From contig JACRCW010000035.1 in NCBI GenBank assembly GCA_016218805.1, positions 1-64,000 of the forward strand: 64,000 nt of DNA. Direction: 5' to 3'. Every line of letters starts with the position of its first letter. The stretch's first letter is position 1. Shown one piece after another: positions 1-9,052 of this stretch. This DNA is from Deltaproteobacteria bacterium. GTDB taxonomy: Bacteria > Myxococcota > JACRCW01. The position numbers were made by a program, and so were the translations under genes. A model generated the notes under the pieces. It saw nothing but the letters and a program-made list of their open reading frames with translations. It ran no database searches and had not been told where the DNA came from.

Positions 1-1305
1 CCCGGCGAGCTGGTCCGCGTACAGGGCGGCCGCGCGGAGACCCTGGGCATGGTGGCACCGCCGATGCCACCCCAACACCGCACCCACCAGGGCGCGCTCA
101 ACGCGGTGGAATCCGAGGTGCAGGAGGTGCTCAAGGACAGCATCCGCGCGCACCTGGTTTCCGACGTGGAAGTGGGCACGCTGCTGTCCGGGGGCATTGA
201 CAGCGCGGTGGTGACGGCGCTGGCGGTGGAGGTGCACGGCGGGCCCGTGCGCGCCTTCACGCTGGCGGTGGACGACCCGGCGCTGGACGAGACGGAACTG
301 GCCACGCACGCCGCGCGCACGCTGGGCGTGCGGCACCACGTCCTGCGGGTGGGCCCCGACCAGGCGCGCGCGCGGCTGCCGGCGCTGCTGGGTTCCCTGG
401 ACGAGCCGCTGGCCGACCCCTCCATCCTCCCCACGCGGCTCGTTGCCGAGTTGGCGCGTGAGCACGTCAAGGTGGTGCTGTCAGGCGATGGCGGTGACGA
501 GCTGTTCCTGGGCTACACGCGCCACCGCTTCATGGACGCGCTGGACCGCGCGCGCACGCTGGGCCCGCTGTCCACGTGGGCCGCCCGCGCGGGGGCGCAC
601 CTGCCGGCGCGCGCGCTGGATGCGGCGTACGGGTCCCTGCACGGCGTGCTGGGGCTGCCGGACGTGGTGGCGCCGGCGCGCAAGCTGGCCGCCGCGGCGG
701 AGTCCCTGCGCGAAGACCGCGTGCTGGCCTACGGGCGCCTGTTCCGGGCCGGCACTCCGGCGGAGCTCACGCGTCTGGGCCTGCCGCATGACCCGGCCAT
801 CCCCGTGCTGCGCGCGGCGGGCGAGGGCTACGACGGCGCCGACGCCGCCGGACTGGGCCAGGCGGTGGACGTGCGCCTGTGGCTCCCCGACGACATCCTG
901 GCCAAGGTGGACCGCGCGTCCATGGCGGTGGGCCTGGAGGCGCGTGTCCCGCTCATCGACGTGGAAGTGGCCCGCGTCGCGGCGTCGCTTCCCGGTTACG
1001 CGTTGCGGTCGGGTTCCACCGGGAAGGTGGTGTTACGCCGGTTGGCGGAGAAGCGGTTTGGGCCGGGGCTGGCGCGTGCGGACAAGCGCGGGTTTGGCCT
1101 CCCCATGCGGGACTGGCTTGCCGGGCCGTTGCGCCCGTGGCGGACCGAGGCCCTCGCGTCGCTGTCGGACCGCGGACTGTTTGACGGTCACGGGCTGCGC
1201 GCGCTGCAGGAGGCGCACGACACCGGTACGGACCACGCCCCGATCCTGTTTGCGCTGTGCGCACTGGAGATGTGGCTCCGCGCGCGCGCGTCCGTCGTCG
1301 CATGA
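1..1305 (+). CDS. asnB: Asparagine synthase (glutamine-hydrolysing) family amidotransferase, 5'-truncated by window edge
   Basis: Motifs SDVEVGTLLSGGIDS, VKVVLSGDGGDELFLGY, LAKVDRASMAVGLEARVP, KRGFGLP; frame is open to base 1. Confidence 0.92.
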   Translation, partial: PGELVRVQGGRAETLGMVAPPMPPQHRTHQGALNAVESEVQEVLKDSIRAHLVSDVEVGTLLSGGIDSAVVTALAVEVHGGPVRAFTLAVDDPALDETELATHAARTLGVRHHVLRVGPDQARARLPALLGSLDEPLADPSILPTRLVAELAREHVKVVLSGDGGDELFLGYTRHRFMDALDRARTLGPLSTWAARAGAHLPARALDAAYGSLHGVLGLPDVVAPARKLAAAAESLREDRVLAYGRLFRAGTPAELTRLGLPHDPAIPVLRAAGEGYDGADAAGLGQAVDVRLWLPDDILAKVDRASMAVGLEARVPLIDVEVARVAASLPGYALRSGSTGKVVLRRLAEKRFGPGLARADKRGFGLPMRDWLAGPLRPWRTEALASLSDRGLFDGHGLRALQEAHDTGTDHAPILFALCALEMWLRARASVVA

Positions 1306-2354
1306 AGATTCTCCACGTCATCACGGACCTGCGCCTGGGCGGGGCCGAACGTGCGCTCGCGGCGCTTGCCTTGGCCCAACGCGAGGCCGGGCACCGCGTT
1401 ACGGTGCTCGCCCTCAAACAGCTGGGTCCTGCCGCGGAGCCGCTCCAGCGCGCCGGGATCCCGTGCGCCGCGCTGGACGCGCCGGATGCACCGGGGCTGG
1501 GTACCGCTGCGGCCGCGCTGGCCGTGGGGGCGCGCATGAAGACCGACCCACCCGACGTGGTGCACGCGTGGCTCGCTTCCGCGTGTGCCGCCGTGAAACT
1601 GGCCGCGCCGCGGGGTATCCCGCGCGTGTACGCGTGCCGGGTGACGACGACACCGGGCCCGCTGGTCTGCCAGCTGCTGGGCGCGCAGGATGACGGGCCA
1701 CGGGCGTGGGTGGCGGTGTCGGACGCCGTGGCGGATGCGTGGTCCACCGCGCTGCACCTCCCGCGGGCGCACTTCCACGTGGTGCCCAATGGCGTGGAGG
1801 TCCCCACGCGCCGCGCTGCCGAACCGCCGGGGGCGCGTCCGTGTTTCCTGGGACGGCTGGCCCGGCAGAAGGGCGTGGACCTGCTGCTGGCCGCGTTGGC
1901 CGGGTGCGATCTGGAGTTGGACCTCTACGGTGACGGGCCTGAGGCCGCCGCGCTGACCGACATGGCGCGAATGCTTGGCGTGGGGAACCGCGCACGCTTC
2001 CACGGCGTGGCACCGGACGCGCGCGCCGTTTTGCGCGCGGCGTCGCTGCTGGTGCTGCCTACGCGCGCGGAAGGCATGTCCAATGCGGTGCTGGAGGCCA
2101 TGGCGGAGGGGCGGCCCGTGATTGCGGCTGACGTCCCGGGCATGCGCGAGGTGGTGGCGGACGGCGTGACGGGCATCCTGGTGCCGCCCGGCAACGCGCG
2201 CGCCCTGGCGGAGGCGCTGGTGTCCCTGCAGGACAACCCGGCACGGCGACGCAAGCTTGGCGCCGCGGGGCAGGCACGCGTCCGCGCGCAGTTCACCCCG
2301 GCCGCGTCACACGCGGAGTGGACGGCGGTGTATGACGCGGTTCTCCGCGGTTGA
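1302..2354 (+). CDS. Glycosyltransferase family 4 (GT-B)
   Basis: MKILHVITDLRLGGAE start (ATGA overlap with asnB stop), GRLARQKG, EGMSNAVLEAM (EX7E). Confidence 0.92.
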   Translation: MKILHVITDLRLGGAERALAALALAQREAGHRVTVLALKQLGPAAEPLQRAGIPCAALDAPDAPGLGTAAAALAVGARMKTDPPDVVHAWLASACAAVKLAAPRGIPRVYACRVTTTPGPLVCQLLGAQDDGPRAWVAVSDAVADAWSTALHLPRAHFHVVPNGVEVPTRRAAEPPGARPCFLGRLARQKGVDLLLAALAGCDLELDLYGDGPEAAALTDMARMLGVGNRARFHGVAPDARAVLRAASLLVLPTRAEGMSNAVLEAMAEGRPVIAADVPGMREVVADGVTGILVPPGNARALAEALVSLQDNPARRRKLGAAGQARVRAQFTPAASHAEWTAVYDAVLRG

Positions 2355-2359
2355 CGCAC

Positions 2360-5300
2360 TTACGCGGCGGCGCGCCGCTCCATCCGGATCTGCGCCAGCC
2401 GCCAGTACGTGTACACCACCGGGATGATCTCCAACGTCAGGAACGCGCTGGACAGCAGGCCACCCACCATGGGCGCGGCAATGCGCTTCATGACGTCAGC
2501 GCCGCTGCCATCCGCCCACAGCAGCGGCACCAGGCCAAACAACATGGTGGCCACCGTCATCAGCTTGGGCCGCACGCGCTGCACGGTGCCCTCCATGTGC
2601 GCCCAGATGATGTCGTTGAGGTCCCGCACCTTGCCCGCGCGTTTGCGCCGTTCGTACGCGGCATCCAGGTACACCACCATCACAATCCCGGTTTCCGCCG
2701 CGAGTCCCACCAGCGCGATCACCCCGACCCACACCGCCGTGGACAGCCGGTAGTCCAGCAGCCACAGCAGCCACACGCTCCCCACGAGCGAGAACGGAAC
2801 GGACAGCAGCACAATGAGCGCTTCCGTGATGTTGCGGAAGTTGAGGATGAGCAAGAGCACCACCAGCATCAGGGTGAGCGGCACCACCACCTTCATCCGC
2901 TCTTCCATGCGCGCCAGCAGCTCGTACTGCCCGGTCCACGCGAGCCCCACGCCGGGCGGCAGCACCAGGCGTCCCTCGTGGATGGCCCGCTGCACGGCGG
3001 ACTTGGCGTCATCCACGTAACCGCCAATGTCGCGCGCCTGCGTGTCCACGTCCACGTAGACGTAGCCGGCCAGTTGGCCCGCCTCGGAACGTACCATCGG
3101 CGGCCCTTCGACAATCTCCACCCGTGCGATCTGGCCCAGCGGTACGAACGCGCCGACTTGCGGGCGCTTTGCTTCCGGCGCGGGCGCAGCGCCGGACATG
3201 CCGCCTCTGTCCATGCTTGGCATCTTGGGCATGACGGGCATGGACGGCATCCCGCCCGGCGCCATGGCACCGGTGTCCAGGCGGGGCATGGTGTCAAACG
3301 CGGCGCCGCCCTGCTGCTTGCTGCCGCCCTCCATGCCCCCCATGGCCTGCGCAAGGCGGATCCCGGTGTCCTCCACGGAACGCGCGCCCGTCTTGCCCAT
3401 CTCCATGCCGCCCTCACCGCCCGGGGCGCGCAGCGGGATGAGGATCTCGCGAATGGCCGGCAGGCGATCCCGGAAATCACGCGGGAGGCGCACGTTGATG
3501 GTGTGCCGCGCGCGCCCCTGCACGGTGGTCCCGATGGGTTCCCCACCGAGTGCGACTTCGATGACGTCATTCACGTCCTGGACGGTGAGGCCATAGCGCG
3601 CCAGTGCTGCGCGGTCCGGCGTGATGTCCACGTACAGCCCGCCGGCGTTGCGTTCGTAGAAGGCGCTGCGCGTGCCCGCCACCTTCTGCACAATCCCCTC
3701 CAGCGCCACGCCCACCTTCTCCACCACGGCCAGGTCCGGGCCAAACACCTTGATGCCCACCGGCGTGCGGATGCCGGTGGTGAGCATGTCCACGCGCGTC
3801 TTGATGGGCATGGTGAGCGCGTTGGTCCAGCCGGGGAATGTGAGCGCGTTGTTCATCTCGCTCTGGAGTTCCTCCATGGTGAGCGGGCGCTCCTCCGGCC
3901 AGATGCGGCGCAGCGGGTCTGCCAGGAATGCCGGCGCCCACGCCGAATAGAACCGGTCCACGTGGATCCGGCGCCACTGGTCACGCGGCTTGAGGCGCAC
4001 CACGGTCTCCACCATGGAAAGCGGTGCAGGATCCGTGGCGGTCTCCGCGCGGCCCACCTTGCCCATCACCGCCGCCACCTCCGGGAAACCCCGCAGCACG
4101 GTGTCCTGCATCTGCAGGTCACGCCGCGCTTCGTCAATGGAGATGTTCGGCATGGTGGTGGGCATGTAGAGCAGGTCGCCCTCGTCCAGCGGCGGCATGA
4201 ACTCCGTGCCCAGTTGCAGGGCAATGGGCACCGCGCTGGCCACCGCCAGCAGGCCCATGCCGATGGTGGTCCGCGGGTTGCGCAACGCCACAAACACGAA
4301 CGGCTTGTACAGGCCGATGAGGATCCGGCTGACGGGGTGCTCGTGCTCGTGGCGGATGCGCCCGCGGATGAAGAACGCCATCAGCGCGGGCACCAACGTG
4401 ACGGACAGGATGGCGGCGGTGGCCATGGCGGACGTCTTGGTGAACGCCAGCGGGATGAACAGGCGCCCCGCCTGCCCTTCCAGCGCAAAAATGGGCAGAA
4501 ACGCCACCGTCATGATCAGCAGCGCGAAAAAGATGGATGGCCCCACTTCCTGTGCCGCCTCAATGAGCACACGGTCGCGCGGGGTCCCGGGGTCCGCGGT
4601 CTCCAGGCGCTTGTGCGCGTTCTCCACCAGCACAATGGCCGCATCCACCATGGCGCCAATGGCAATGGCGATGCCGCCCAGGCTCATGATGTTGGAGGTG
4701 ACACCCAGCAGGCGCATGGGGATGAACGACGCCGCCACCGCCAGTGGCAGCATCACGATGGGCACGAGCGACGAGCCCAGGTGCAGCAGAAAGATGAAGA
4801 TCACCAGCGCCACCACGAGCATCTCCTCCGCCAGCGCGCCGCGGAGCGTGCCCACGGCGCGGCGGATGAGGTCGGAACGGTCGTACGCGATCTCCGCGGT
4901 GACCCCCGAGGGAAAGGACGGCGCCAGCTCCGCCAGCCGGGCCTTCACGCGGTCAATCAGGTGCAGCGCGTTCTCGCCGTAGCGGGCCACGACAATTCCA
5001 CCCACCACTTCGCCGTCCCCGTTCCAGTCCGCCAGGCCGCGGCGGATCTCTGGACCAAACGCGACCTCGCCCACGTCACCCAGCGTGATGGGCGCGCCCG
5101 TGGGCCCGGTCCGCAGCCCGATGGCCCTCAGGTCATCCAGGCTCTTCACGTAGCCGCGGCCGCGCACAAAATACTCGCGGCCGCTCATCTCCAGCACACG
5201 GCCGCCCACGTCCGCATTGGAGCGCCGCACGGCCCGCAGCACGTCGGACAGGGTCAGGCCCAGGTTGGCCAGGCGCTCCGGGTCCACGGTGATCTGGAAC

Positions 5301-5857
5301 TGCTTCTGGAACCCGCCCACGGTGGCCACCTCGGCCACGCCCGGGACGGAGGCGAGCGCGTAGCGCAGCACGTAGTCCTGGAACGTGCGCAACTCCGCCA
5401 GGTCATGGGTGCCGGACCGGTCCACCAACGCGTACTGGAACACCCAGCCAATGCCCGTGGCGTCCGGACCCAGCGTTGGGCGGACGCCGTCAGGCAGGCG
5501 CCCCCCCAGCGACGAGAGGTACTCCAGCACGCGCGAGCGTGCCCAGTAGACGTCCGTACCCTCCTCAAACAGCACGTAGATGAAGCTCATCCCGAACATG
5601 CTGAACCCGCGCACGTCCGTCACCCGCGGCGCGCCCAGCAGCGCGCTGGCCAGCGGGTAGGTCACCTGGTCCTCCACGAGGTCCGGGCTGCGCCCCATCC
5701 ATTCCGTGTAGACAATGACCTGCGGGTCCCCCAGGTCCGGCACGGCGTCCAGCGGCACGGTGGTCACCGCCCACCACGACGCCGCCGACAGCATGGCCGC
5801 CAGCACCAGGACAACAGCGCGGTGCCGCGCCGAGGCGGCGATGAGCGCGCGGATCAT
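2360..5857 (-). CDS. cusA: CusA-type heavy-metal RND efflux permease (Cu+/Ag+) with Met-rich insertion
   Basis: PLDAVPDL, GPDATGIGW, NIMSLGGIAIAIGAMVDAAIV, LLYMP, DPAPLSMVET, RVDMLTTG, RVRPKLMT. Confidence 0.95.
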   Translation of the reverse strand: MIRALIAASARHRAVVLVLAAMLSAASWWAVTTVPLDAVPDLGDPQVIVYTEWMGRSPDLVEDQVTYPLASALLGAPRVTDVRGFSMFGMSFIYVLFEEGTDVYWARSRVLEYLSSLGGRLPDGVRPTLGPDATGIGWVFQYALVDRSGTHDLAELRTFQDYVLRYALASVPGVAEVATVGGFQKQFQITVDPERLANLGLTLSDVLRAVRRSNADVGGRVLEMSGREYFVRGRGYVKSLDDLRAIGLRTGPTGAPITLGDVGEVAFGPEIRRGLADWNGDGEVVGGIVVARYGENALHLIDRVKARLAELAPSFPSGVTAEIAYDRSDLIRRAVGTLRGALAEEMLVVALVIFIFLLHLGSSLVPIVMLPLAVAASFIPMRLLGVTSNIMSLGGIAIAIGAMVDAAIVLVENAHKRLETADPGTPRDRVLIEAAQEVGPSIFFALLIMTVAFLPIFALEGQAGRLFIPLAFTKTSAMATAAILSVTLVPALMAFFIRGRIRHEHEHPVSRILIGLYKPFVFVALRNPRTTIGMGLLAVASAVPIALQLGTEFMPPLDEGDLLYMPTTMPNISIDEARRDLQMQDTVLRGFPEVAAVMGKVGRAETATDPAPLSMVETVVRLKPRDQWRRIHVDRFYSAWAPAFLADPLRRIWPEERPLTMEELQSEMNNALTFPGWTNALTMPIKTRVDMLTTGIRTPVGIKVFGPDLAVVEKVGVALEGIVQKVAGTRSAFYERNAGGLYVDITPDRAALARYGLTVQDVNDVIEVALGGEPIGTTVQGRARHTINVRLPRDFRDRLPAIREILIPLRAPGGEGGMEMGKTGARSVEDTGIRLAQAMGGMEGGSKQQGGAAFDTMPRLDTGAMAPGGMPSMPVMPKMPSMDRGGMSGAAPAPEAKRPQVGAFVPLGQIARVEIVEGPPMVRSEAGQLAGYVYVDVDTQARDIGGYVDDAKSAVQRAIHEGRLVLPPGVGLAWTGQYELLARMEERMKVVVPLTLMLVVLLLILNFRNITEALIVLLSVPFSLVGSVWLLWLLDYRLSTAVWVGVIALVGLAAETGIVMVVYLDAAYERRKRAGKVRDLNDIIWAHMEGTVQRVRPKLMTVATMLFGLVPLLWADGSGADVMKRIAAPMVGGLLSSAFLTLEIIPVVYTYWRLAQIRMERRAAA

Positions 5858-7158
5858 GGCGCGCCTCCGTCGCCACGCGGGGCGGCGGTGCCTTCAATGG
5901 ACGCGCGCATCCGGCTCTCGGAGTCCAGCAGGAACAGCGCTCCCACCACGACGGCCTCACCCTCCTCCAGGCCGGAGCGGACCTCCACCCACTCAGGCGT
6001 CTGCATGCCGACGACGACGCGGCGCGGCTCAAAGGCGCCCTCAGCCACCCGCACAAACGCGTAGGCCGCACGTCCGGTCTGCACCACCGCGTCCAGCGGC
6101 GCCACCAGCGCGCGCGTCGGTTCCACCATGATCTCCACGGACGCAGCGAGACCCGGGCGCAGCAGACCGCGCGGGTTGGGCAGTTCAATGCGCGCGCGCA
6201 GGGTACGCGTCTGCGGGTCCACCGACGGGTAGAGGTACGCCAGCCGGCCGGTGACGGTGACGCCGGGCAGCGCGGGGAAGCGCGCGGCGACCTTCTGGCC
6301 CACGGCCACCCGCGCAATCGCGTCCTCGCGCACGTCGACCAACAGCCACACCACCGCCAGGTCGGAGATCTCAAACAACGCCGTACCGGGCTGCACATAC
6401 AGGCCGTCCACCGCGTTCTTCTGCGTGACATACCCGTTGCGCGGGGCGCGCAGCGTCACCGTGGGCCGGCCCTGGCCTGCGTCACCCAGCACGCGCTCCT
6501 CCGCGTTGACGCCCAGCAACTGCAGGCGGGTCTCAGAGGCGCGCCGGAACTGGACCTGCAGGGGATCATCGCCACCGGCGGCATGCGCCGTCCGGTAGTC
6601 CTGCAGCGCCTGCAGCACCTCCGGGCTGTACACGCGCGCCAGCGCATCCCCCGCCTTCACCGCCACGCCGGTCTCCCGCACCAGCAGTTCCTCAATCCAG
6701 CCGGAGAAGCCTGCGTGCACCTGCGCGGTGCGTGATTCGGCGGGAACCAGCAGCCCCGTCGTGGAGATGCGGTCGGACAGGGTGCGCTTCTCCACCGTCA
6801 CGGTGCGCACACCCATCTTCTGCACGCGGTCCGCCGGCAGGGTGAGGCTGACCAGGTCCGGGAGATCCTCGTGGCGGGTGTGGCCGCCACCGCTCTGTTC
6901 CACCCGCACCAGATCCATCCCGCAGATGGGGCACTCCCCCGGGTGGTCCTGCACCACCTGCGGGTGCATGGGGCACTGCCACTTCTCTGCGGAGGCCGCC
7001 GCGCCGCCGCCGGCGTCACGCGGGCCGTACTTCCAGGCGCTGAACGCCGCCAGCGCGGCCATGGCGGCAATGAGCGCCCACCGCACCCAGGTCATCACCT
7101 TCACGCCGGGGGGAGGCGGCTCTTCGCCCTCGGGGAGGACTTCAGGGGTGGCGTTCAT
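5854..7158 (-). CDS. cusB: CusB-type RND periplasmic adaptor with heavy-metal-binding domain
   Basis: N-terminal TM; WQCPMHPQV..PGECPICGMDL; GWIEEL, YSPE, YLYPSVDPQTRT, FLLDSES; 4-bp overlap with cusA. Confidence 0.93.
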   Translation of the reverse strand: MNATPEVLPEGEEPPPPGVKVMTWVRWALIAAMAALAAFSAWKYGPRDAGGGAAASAEKWQCPMHPQVVQDHPGECPICGMDLVRVEQSGGGHTRHEDLPDLVSLTLPADRVQKMGVRTVTVEKRTLSDRISTTGLLVPAESRTAQVHAGFSGWIEELLVRETGVAVKAGDALARVYSPEVLQALQDYRTAHAAGGDDPLQVQFRRASETRLQLLGVNAEERVLGDAGQGRPTVTLRAPRNGYVTQKNAVDGLYVQPGTALFEISDLAVVWLLVDVREDAIARVAVGQKVAARFPALPGVTVTGRLAYLYPSVDPQTRTLRARIELPNPRGLLRPGLAASVEIMVEPTRALVAPLDAVVQTGRAAYAFVRVAEGAFEPRRVVVGMQTPEWVEVRSGLEEGEAVVVGALFLLDSESRMRASIEGTAAPRGDGGAP

Positions 7159-8510
7159 GGGTGTCCTCCCGGCGACGAGGGATCAAACGCGAGCAGCTCC
7201 ATCCCCGTGGCGCGCTGCAGGTCTGCCAGGCGGCGCACGTACAGGGCCTCGTAGGTGAGCCGTTCCAGGTGGTGGGACCGCATCTGGCGCACGGCGGTGA
7301 TCAGCGCGAGCACGTCCACGGAGCCGCTGATGTAGGCGGCGCGCGTGGCTTCCACCGTGCTGGATGACAGCGGGATCAGCGTCTCCTCGTGCAGCGTGAC
7401 GTGGTCGTGCGCGTGGCGGATGGCGGCGCTGGCCTCGTCCACCTCGGATTGGATGACGCGGATGAGCGCATCGGCGGACTCCGCCGCGCGGCGCTCGTCG
7501 TAACGGGCGGCTTCCAGGGAGCGCGCCTGCTTGAACGGGTAGAACACCGGCAGCGGGACCGACACGCCCACGGTGACCATGTCCGCGGGCCCCAACAGCG
7601 CGCCCAGGGGCCCGTGGCTGACCAGCATGGGCACGCCCCCGGTCTGCACCATGTAGCCCACCTTGGCGGTGACGTCGGGCAGCGCGGCCAGCCGTTCCTG
7701 GCGGGCGCGCGCCACGGCGGCGGCCACCTGCGCGCGCGCGGCACGGAGCTCCGGGCGCGCCGCCAGCGCCCGCTGCAGCAGCGTCTCGCGCGGCGGCAGC
7801 TCAACGTGCCGGACGGATTCCCACACGGGACCAATGGCTGAGGGTGTTACGCCCAGCAGCGCGGCCAGCCGGGCGCGGGCCACCTCCTGCTGCTGGCGCA
7901 GATCCAGCTGGTCCTTGAGCAGCGTCTCCCGCTCCGCGCGCGTGGCCAGCGCATCCGCCTGGCGCCCCAGGCCGGACTGCACGCGCCCGTCGGCAATGGC
8001 CACCATGGTGTCCATCAGCGCCAGCGTCCCGTTCACGGTCCGCAGCGCCTCCTGCCCCGCGTGCAGGTCCGCCAACGCGTAGGCCACCGCGCGGTCCAGG
8101 TCCGCGCGTGATGCCTCCACCATCGCTTCCGCCTCTTCCGCCCGCGCCTGCGCCTCGTCCGCACGGGCGCCGCGCTTGCCGGGAAACGGGAAGGTCTGGG
8201 ACGCCATCACCATCAGCGGGAACATGTCCGGACCCATGAGGAAGGTGGTCGCGCGTTCGGAGGCGGACATGCCGGGCATCAGCGCGCCCTCCACCTGGTT
8301 GAGCGGCAGGTTCCACACGGAGACGTCCAGCATGGGGTCATCCCACGCGCGGGCGCCGGCCACGCGCGCGCGCGCGGCCAGCACGCCGGTGCGTGCAGCG
8401 CGCAGCCCCGGATAGGTGGCAGCGGCGCGGGCCCGCGTGTCGGCGTAGGTGAGGGGAGCAGGGTCGGGGGCCTGGGCGGCCAGCGCCGCCAGGCAACAAA
8501 GCTCAAGCAT
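7155..8510 (-). CDS. TolC/CusC-family outer-membrane efflux protein
   Basis: SQTFPFPGKR, ALAARPEL, GVSVPLP, coiled-coil repeats; operon position; GGAG upstream of the ATG at 8510. Confidence 0.88.
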   Translation of the reverse strand: MLELCCLAALAAQAPDPAPLTYADTRARAAATYPGLRAARTGVLAARARVAGARAWDDPMLDVSVWNLPLNQVEGALMPGMSASERATTFLMGPDMFPLMVMASQTFPFPGKRGARADEAQARAEEAEAMVEASRADLDRAVAYALADLHAGQEALRTVNGTLALMDTMVAIADGRVQSGLGRQADALATRAERETLLKDQLDLRQQQEVARARLAALLGVTPSAIGPVWESVRHVELPPRETLLQRALAARPELRAARAQVAAAVARARQERLAALPDVTAKVGYMVQTGGVPMLVSHGPLGALLGPADMVTVGVSVPLPVFYPFKQARSLEAARYDERRAAESADALIRVIQSEVDEASAAIRHAHDHVTLHEETLIPLSSSTVEATRAAYISGSVDVLALITAVRQMRSHHLERLTYEALYVRRLADLQRATGMELLAFDPSSPGGHP

Positions 8511-8621
8511 GGAGGACTCCGTCGGGGACCGGGGCATGTGCCGGAGCAACGCAGGCCCGCGCACCGCACAGGGCGGGCGCGGGGTAAGCGCGTACTCACG
8601 CCAACCAACGACGCGGCACTC

Positions 8622-8996
8622 TCAGGGACGGAGCCGGACGGAAGCCAGGCGGAAGAGGTCCCCCGGCGGCCCGGTGTCCACCACGGCGACGGGGTGGACG
8701 GACACACGGGCGGGCACCGGAAGCGGCATGGATGGCGGAGGGGGCAGCACCGGGGCGTGCAGCGTGCCTTCAGCAGCCGGGGCCTCCGCGGGTGCGGGCG
8801 CATACGGCGCGCCCTGCTCCATGCTGCAGCAGCAGGTGCGCTCCACCGAGGTGTCTGCGGGAGGGAGGTTGTCCTCGCCGTGACAGCAGCAGCGCGACAC
8901 GACGGCGCCCGTGCACAGGCACAACCAACCGCTGCCGGCGGCCACGGGTGTGGCCACGCAGACAACCAGCAGCAGCGCGGCCAGCCGGGAGAACAT
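8622..8996 (-). CDS. Small secreted Cys-rich/Pro-rich protein, putative metal-sensing leader (HYC_CC_PP/DUF2946-like architecture)
   Basis: Signal peptide MFSRLAALLLVVCVATPVAA, CLC..CCC..CCC, Pro-rich linker, C-terminal TGPP; first ORF of the cus operon. Confidence 0.7.
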   Translation of the reverse strand: MFSRLAALLLVVCVATPVAAGSGWLCLCTGAVVSRCCCHGEDNLPPADTSVERTCCCSMEQGAPYAPAPAEAPAAEGTLHAPVLPPPPSMPLPVPARVSVHPVAVVDTGPPGDLFRLASVRLRP

Positions 8997-9032
8997 GCCG
9001 CACATCCTAGCCCACCCATGCATGTGCGGCAA
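8996..9032 (-). promoter_or_regulatory. Sigma70-like promoter (TTGCCG-17-TAGGAT) with overlapping 10-bp inverted repeat
   Basis: Minus strand -35 at 9027-9032, -10 at 9004-9009, 7 nt before ATG 8996; IR TGCCGCACAT (8996-9005) / ATGTGCGGCA (9022-9031). Confidence 0.55.
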
Positions 9033-9052
9033 TTCCCTGCATTTTTTCGACG

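Noticed and set aside
2351..6064. 1237-aa plus-strand ORF and similar long antisense ORFs (15238-18561, 29388-31862, 61528-63663)
   Set aside because: Shadow frames of real genes caused by high GC3; His/Arg/Gln-rich with no motifs
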